A DNA stretch of 64,000 nt from Selaginella moellendorffii (Eukaryota > Plantae > Lycopodiophyta): NCBI RefSeq assembly GCF_000143415.4, contig NW_003314297.1, forward strand, positions 496,001 through 560,000. The letters are read 5' to 3'. Both the position numbers and the translations under genes were made by a program. This document shows positions 57,719-64,000 of the stretch, piece by piece. Below the pieces are notes generated by a model that was not told the origin of the DNA, made no database searches, and saw only the letters and a program-made list of their open reading frames with translations. Every line of letters starts with the position of its first letter. Within the stretch, counting starts at the first letter, position 1.

Positions 57719-59664
57719 TGTGAGTGCTTGAAATATGGAAAGGGAATACAAAAAATATGCATATTAATTAGCCCAAAAACCCTAGCTTATATACAAGAGC
57801 AAGTGGTCCAATCCGACGGCTACCAAAATCCCACTACACTAATATTAGTATATGGCATCGTAGCCGTACACTTGGCCCTTACATCATCCCCTCCTCTCAG
57901 AATAATGGAAGACTATCAGGGTTCTCTTGTAGATGGGCCGGGATCTGGAGGAACGTCAGGAGGAGGCATTAGCGAATCTGTAGGTGGTATTAATTGCTCC
58001 TGATCCTTTTGTATGAAGCATTTCAATTGCAACACATGCACAATCTTTGAAGGATCGGCCAGCTAGACGTCATGCCAAACCTCATAAACTTGTAGTTCAA
58101 CTTGCCACAACACTTGATATGGTCCTTTCCACTGCACAAGAAGCCCCTTAGATAAACCATGTACCGTAAGATGGAGAAAATGGACTAACACCAAATCATC
58201 TACTTTGTACTCTACAGGTGGATGATGATGGGAGTTGTACCGCTGTTGTTATCCCATTTGTACGTGGCCTAAGTGTTCGGTAGACTTCGCTCGGACAAGT
58301 GGAAGAATGCTCGTCAAATACTAATCCCATGACTTAGCATCAGCAGCTCATAGCAATCGCGAAGGTAAACCCAGCTCTGTTGGTAATATTGGATCATGAC
58401 CATATAGGAGTGTATATGGTGAAGCATCAACAAAACTCTGCACCCCTGTGACATATGCATACCAAAAAGACGGCAAATAACCATCCTAATCCGAATGTTG
58501 AAAGTTCACATACTTTGCAATCATCCCTTTAAATGTCCAAATGAGCCGTTCCACCAGACCATTTGATTGTGGATGATAAGCACTCGTGAAAGTGTGGTAT
58601 ATCCCCAATCGAGACGTCAAAACATGAAATGCCTCAGCTATAAATGCAGGACCATTATCCGAAAGAATCTGCTCTGGACAAGATTGCTAAAACACCACTC
58701 GATTGAAGAGGAAGTATCCAACAGTAATTGCAAAGGCACTAGCAAGAGCACCAACTTCCACCCAACAAGTCAAGTAGTCAGAAGCAATAATAACATTGCT
58801 AGCAATCGACTGTGGAAAAAGTCCCATAAGATCAAATGCCACCAACTCAAACGGACGGGAAACTGCAATTGACTCCAACCATCCTTCTGCAGCATGAGGG
58901 GGAGTATTACGAGCTTGGCACCAAATGCAGCTATGCACATACCGGATAATATCACATCGCATCTCTGGCCAATAGAAAGATCTATGTAGCTTCTTGGTTA
59001 CACAATGATGTCCCATATGCCCACCTAGAATAGGAGAATCATAGTAGGCATGGAGAAACTGTGAAATAAAGACAAAAGGCACCACCAGGCGTAAATGATC
59101 ATCAGAATCCATCCCCATAAAATAAAGAAGGATTTCTTCAAGGCAATATTGAGAATATAAATGCCGAAAAGGCAAGTCATCAGCAAATGATGTAAGATTC
59201 TCAAACCCATATCGAAACCTTCGAATCCATGGCTCAATCTTTTGAGCTTCGCAAACCTTATCAAGAGAAGGTAGATCTTGCTTTGTGCCTTATGGACATT
59301 GAACGTCAAGTACAGCAACCATTGATAGCACAGAATCCTCATGTAGAAAATCCACAGATGTTGGAATAACAAGCTCGTCAAAAATATGAGAAGAGAGTGG
59401 AGATGGAAGGGGAGCTCGAGAAAAGGCATCTGCATTAGCCTTAGAAGTCCCTGGGCAATGAACAACATCAAAATCAAATATTTGAAGCTTCAAAGCCCCA
59501 AGCAATACGACCAATCAGGTTCTTCCGCTTCAATAATGAAATAACAGCAACATGATCACCTTCAAGTAATGTCCGAGAACCATGTAGATATGTATGAAGT
59601 TTCTTGAAACCCTAGACTACTGCTAAACACTCCTTCTCTGTCGTGGAGTAGTTCATCTCCACTG
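57719..59664 (-). mobile_element. Family D element 3' half (RNase H, integrase, PPT, LTR), interrupted by family E
   Basis: LTR 57719-57883, adjacent PPT (TCATCCCCTCCTCTC on +), integrase GGHMGH...CIWCQ, PFELVAFDL. Confidence 0.85.
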
Positions 59665-62600
59665 TGTAAGCGACTAAATTTTCCATTCTACTTTAGTCAC
59701 TTAACCACACCTCCGACCACTTGGAGGAGTCTCAATCACAACCTCCATAAGTCCAATTCAGGACTTGGGACTTGCTAACCCTGAGAATGGCATTCATGCC
59801 ACTCAACATTTACACTTGGTCCAAGTGCTCCACGTGTCCATTCCCACGACCGACACTCAAAGGTACCACCGACTTGGCAGCCTGTTACACTAAGGCCATG
59901 CCCAATCACCTTTGCCACACTGGTAGTCCAATACCACTTGCATCACAGTCTTGGCTCTCCAAGACCAGGCAAACCATCCGTGAGTGGTCATCTCAGATCC
60001 ACTCCTTAGCATCCTTAGGATGCCCACCGACAAGGGGAATAGCCTTCCCCAATATCCCTCTGTCAGTCCCCACTAAGTCCCTTTTTGCCCCTGGCCGTGT
60101 TTGCCGACACTGCCACTGGATCGAGGCCCACAGGCCCAACCATTAAGTCCCACGGTCCTCTGGGACTTCCTCACCACACGACTGTGTCCTTGGTCACTAC
60201 CCCAGAGGACTGCTCCTCTTCCTTTCCACAATCTGGGCCTTTGGGACAACATTTCGAAACACCGTGGCCTTACGCGAGCCACCTGGGTACTCTCCCCGCC
60301 TTCCGCCTTTAGGTGCTCTAGCCATGGGCTTAGAGCAAGGTTCCGTTGAGCCACGCCTGGTATCCAAGTAGGTAGTGCCACCCACACTTGGACTGGGAGC
60401 ATCGGCCAGTCGATCTCCCGGGGGAACTAGAGCCGGCTCTTGAACACTTCACCAAGCTACCCCACTTGTCGGTCCATGTTCACTCTAGTCTTGGACTTCC
60501 CAGTGGGCAGCTCATCACCCAACACTGGGTCCGGCCTTCCTGGGCCAAACTGGCCTTTCTTGGCCAAACTAGCTCCACTGCAGTCCTCCCCCTACTATAC
60601 TTTTGGAGCTCACCAAACCCCCTAGGGTCTGGGAGACGAACGCTTTGGGCTTTCACCCTCTCAGACTCGAACTCAGACTCGGACTCGGACTCGGACTCGG
60701 ACTCGGACTTGGACTCGGACTCGGACTCGGGCTCGGTCTCGGTCTCGGCCTCGGCCTCGGTCTTGGTCTCAGTCCCGATCTCGGTCTCGGTCCCAGTCTT
60801 GGTCCTGGTCTCAGTCTCGACTTTGGACTCCATCTCGGGTCCATCTCGGACTCCATCTTGGGTCCATCTCGGGTCCATCTCGGACTCCATCTCGGGTCCA
60901 TCTCGAACTCCATCTCGGGTCCATCTCGGGTCCATCTTGGGTCCATCTCGGACTCCATCTCGGGTCCATCTCGGGTCCATCTTGGGTCCATCTCGGACTC
61001 CATCTCGGGTCCATCTCGGACTCCATCTTGGGTCCATCTTAGACTCCATCTCAGTCCATCTCGGACTCCATCTCGGACTCCATATCGGACTCCACTTCGG
61101 GTCCATCTCGGACTCCATCTCGGACTCCACTTCGGGTCCATCTCAGACTCCATCTTGGACACTTCCACGTGTCATGTGTTGGTCCTTTTTGGGTCCCTTT
61201 TTGGATCCTTGCTTATTGCTCGCTTCGTGCTCGCTCCTTGAGCACTTTATTGGGAGTTCCACTCCCGTTCTCGACCTTTCAAGTCGGAGCTTTTAGTCCA
61301 AACGTGTTACGCTTGTTTGGCTTTCGCTTCGGCCACTACCACGTGGTGCCCTTCCGGCTCCACTTTGGGGCCTAGGGATTTTGTGTCTCACAACTCCACC
61401 ACCCATAGACGAAGTTCGATGTCCTCATTGAACGGTAAACCCTTTCATAAAGTAACACCCGCATGTGTTACCATTTCCATCCTTGGCACCCAGCCAATAT
61501 TTGTCTATGGTTTGACACCAAAGGCTCACCATGCCTTGTCCATCCTCTAAGGAGCATAGCCCCTCCAACTTAGAGGCTCATTTGACCACTTGTGGTGGTT
61601 CTCTCTTTTTATTGGTTTAGTTCTCACTAAACTTATTAGAGACACCTTCTCTAACTCGATCCCACTACTCGTTCTCAAGTGGTCTCACTTTCCAACGCTA
61701 TAACCCTTGCACTTTGGAACTTTTAATTCTTACTTCTCGAAGTCAATTTCCTAGGTGTCTCCGACACCTTGCATTGCACATATTGTGCAACTCCACTTCC
61801 TCATCCTAGGAAGTTCTCCACTTGAGGGCGCCATCATCCTCTGTTCGATTTCATGCCACCTTTGGGCACTGAATTCTAGTTATCATATTGTGTGTTAGGG
61901 CTGTCCATGGCCCTATCTTTTGGCTACTTTGCCGCTCCCTCACCGTGAGCTTTTACTTTGCCAAATTGGAGCACTTAGGAATCCATCCTTGGAAGTCCAC
62001 TTCTTTTCTCACAAGCCGTTAGCATCAAACACATTAGTGTTCCTTGGCTAACTTTGCCATTTGGATCCCTTCCATTAAATTCCATGGCCCAAACTTGGCC
62101 ACTAGTCCTTTGCTCCTATCCTTGATTGTTGCACCCAGCAACATAGGATTGCTACCTCCATTTTTGAGGTATCCTTTCGGTTCCATAGCAAAGACTCTTC
62201 TTTGCTAAGTCCGGAGGATGTTCACCCCTAGTACGTCTCTTTAGCATCTTCTGCTATAGGCTCTATCCATGGCCCAACTTCGTGACCCTCCCATGGGTCT
62301 CTTATAGAGACTACTTTCCTTGGACTCACTATGCCATCGCACGGACATAGTTTATTTCCCTTAGGTGCTCTTCCCACTTGGTCATCATGACCAAGCCACA
62401 CCACCTTAAATAGTTCAATTTCAACATTTTGAACCAGAAACTTCATTCCTTAGCCAACCAAGGACCTTGTCCTTATTTGGCCATACGATCACCTAGTGAT
62501 CTCACCTTGGCACCTTAACAGAGTTGCCAAGAGGTGCTTGGTCTTCTAGACCTTTAAATTGTTGACTATAACCCCGGGGGTATCCCCCACACTTGGCGAT

Positions 62601-64000
62601 GCACCTAAGCCAGCCCTTATGGCCAAGGGTTCATAGCAACTGAGATTAGGTGTCCCCATCTCACTCACCATGTGCTTGGTGCCACTTGCACCAAAGCGTT
62701 CAAGTTAGATATGCCGAGCTTTCACATTAAGCAATCTAACCGTGCATTACGACTTCGAGGCATCCCTCGCTTAGCGGTGTGCCCAAACCAGTCTCCACAC
62801 TGAGAGTCCATGACCACCAAAATATGAGTGTCCTCATATTCCAAACCATCACCACGCCCTAGTGATTTGGGACTCGAACCCAAACACTAGAGGGTTGGGA
62901 CTCGAACCCAACCTTCGTATATGCATCTACGGACGGCATCACCCAGGATGCCTGGCGTGACTCCCCACGCTGGTGCACCAACTTATACTCAAAGCACGCT
63001 ATAGATCACAGTTTAGGAACCTAGTTCCTCCCCACTGCCAAGTCCTCTCACTTGACAAGCCTGTGATCATGCATGGACTCCTCCATGCTTGGCCCTATGG
63101 CCCACCCTTTTTGAAGTTATCACCTTCAACTAGGGTATTTGTTCCCCTGACTTGACAATCTCGCTTTGGCAAGTCCTCCGACCACTGTAACATGGTTCCT
63201 GCACAAGCGTGAAAGCCCTTGATCATCAACTTTCGTTCAAAGCTCTCTTTTTGAACACTCGGGAACTACTTCTCTAACCTTGATAGCCTTGCCTCATGGC
63301 AAGCTTCAAGAACACGCTTCTGCTGCGCCACTCTGATTTCGCGCGTTCCTTGAACCATTTACGCTTAGCCTTTTTAGGTACTAAACTACCTAGAATCCTC
63401 TTTGGGAACCTTGAAGGAACTTTGTCCCTTAGCTTGCTAAGGCCTCCTTTTTTGCAAGTTTTCCAATTACCATATAGTCTAACATGGACAATTCCATATT
63501 TTAGACACTCCATGGCATCACGGTTGCTAGCAGCAACACCCTCGAGCCCCCACTTGATTTTCCACTCCCAGCTAGCATAACCAACCTTGGTTATACCCTT
63601 CGATTCCTATGGTTTGGTTCTATCCCTTTACTTCTTGCTTTTGGCTTCACACCTTTCCTTCGGTCATTCTCCTCCAGACCAGAAGGATAACTTTGCACTT
63701 TCTATCATGCTTTAGCAAGTATTCTTAGGAATGAATCTACCCGATAGCCTAGGGAGTGGTTCCTCAATCCAGGTATGCTCACCCTATAATCCCACACACC
63801 GGGATTATGTTGTTGCTTACGGGCCTTTGCATGCCCATTGCTAGCCTTGCCAAAATTCCATTTTTTGGCTTTATCCAATTCGAGTAGACAGTCTTCTCCT
63901 GTCTTCGCCACTTTGGACATTTGGATAGCACCTACTATCCATCATTCTCTAAGGACTTCGTTCCTTGGGCCTTATCTACTACCCTCGCGACATCAAACAC
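59665..64000 (-). mobile_element. Family E LTR retrotransposon 3' end (1.73-kb LTR 59665-61392, PPT, decayed interior running out of the window)
   Basis: TGTAAG...CTCACA termini; ACTCCACCACCC (PPT on - strand) directly internal; inserted in the family D RNase H. Confidence 0.75.
60660..61160. repeat. Tandem array inside LTR E: (GACTCG)n grading into 11/12-bp GGGTCCATCTC / GGACTCCATCTC units
   Basis: Read directly. Confidence 0.92.

Noticed and set aside
60660-61160. CRISPR-like array
   Set aside because: No unique spacers and no cas genes; eukaryotic tandem repeat.
60388-61296. 302-aa ORF and overlapping ORFs (also 55189-55713)
   Set aside because: Stop-free low-complexity repeat inside an LTR, open in several frames on both strands.
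62868-62912. Duplicated TGGGACTCGAACCCAA (B-box-like)
   Set aside because: No tRNA fold or A-box; a short duplication within TE interior.

Overview
Plant nuclear DNA. The very short introns (often 45-90 nt) and tight gene packing suggest a compact lycophyte-type genome such as Selaginella (inference). The window has two compartments. (1) 1-22.7 kb is gene-dense: DUF1640/MCUR1-like, an intronless Ser/Thr kinase, tRNA-Ser(AGA), extensin, NECAP, strictosidine-synthase-like, a ~350-nt foldback inside an apparently spliced non-coding locus, a Crinkler-type P-loop NTPase + PD-(D/E)xK nuclease gene with a mitochondrial-presequence-like N-terminus, two tandem histidine-phosphatase genes, CYP703, SmE, PDF1B and a class-3 lipase. 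(2) 22.9-64 kb is a nest of decayed LTR retrotransposons with five distinguishable LTR families (labelled A, B, D, E and a TRIM here). Its core is a 21.4-kb Ty3/gypsy unit (27017-48393, TSD ATCAC) that splits a membrane-protein pseudogene. Its pol is interrupted by ~15.7 kb of nested material that includes host-gene cargo: a knottin (cystine-knot) peptide gene missed by the ORF track, and an intron-containing cpn60-beta fragment. Paired LTRs differ almost only by transitions. All family assignments come from motif recognition by eye; no database searches were run.
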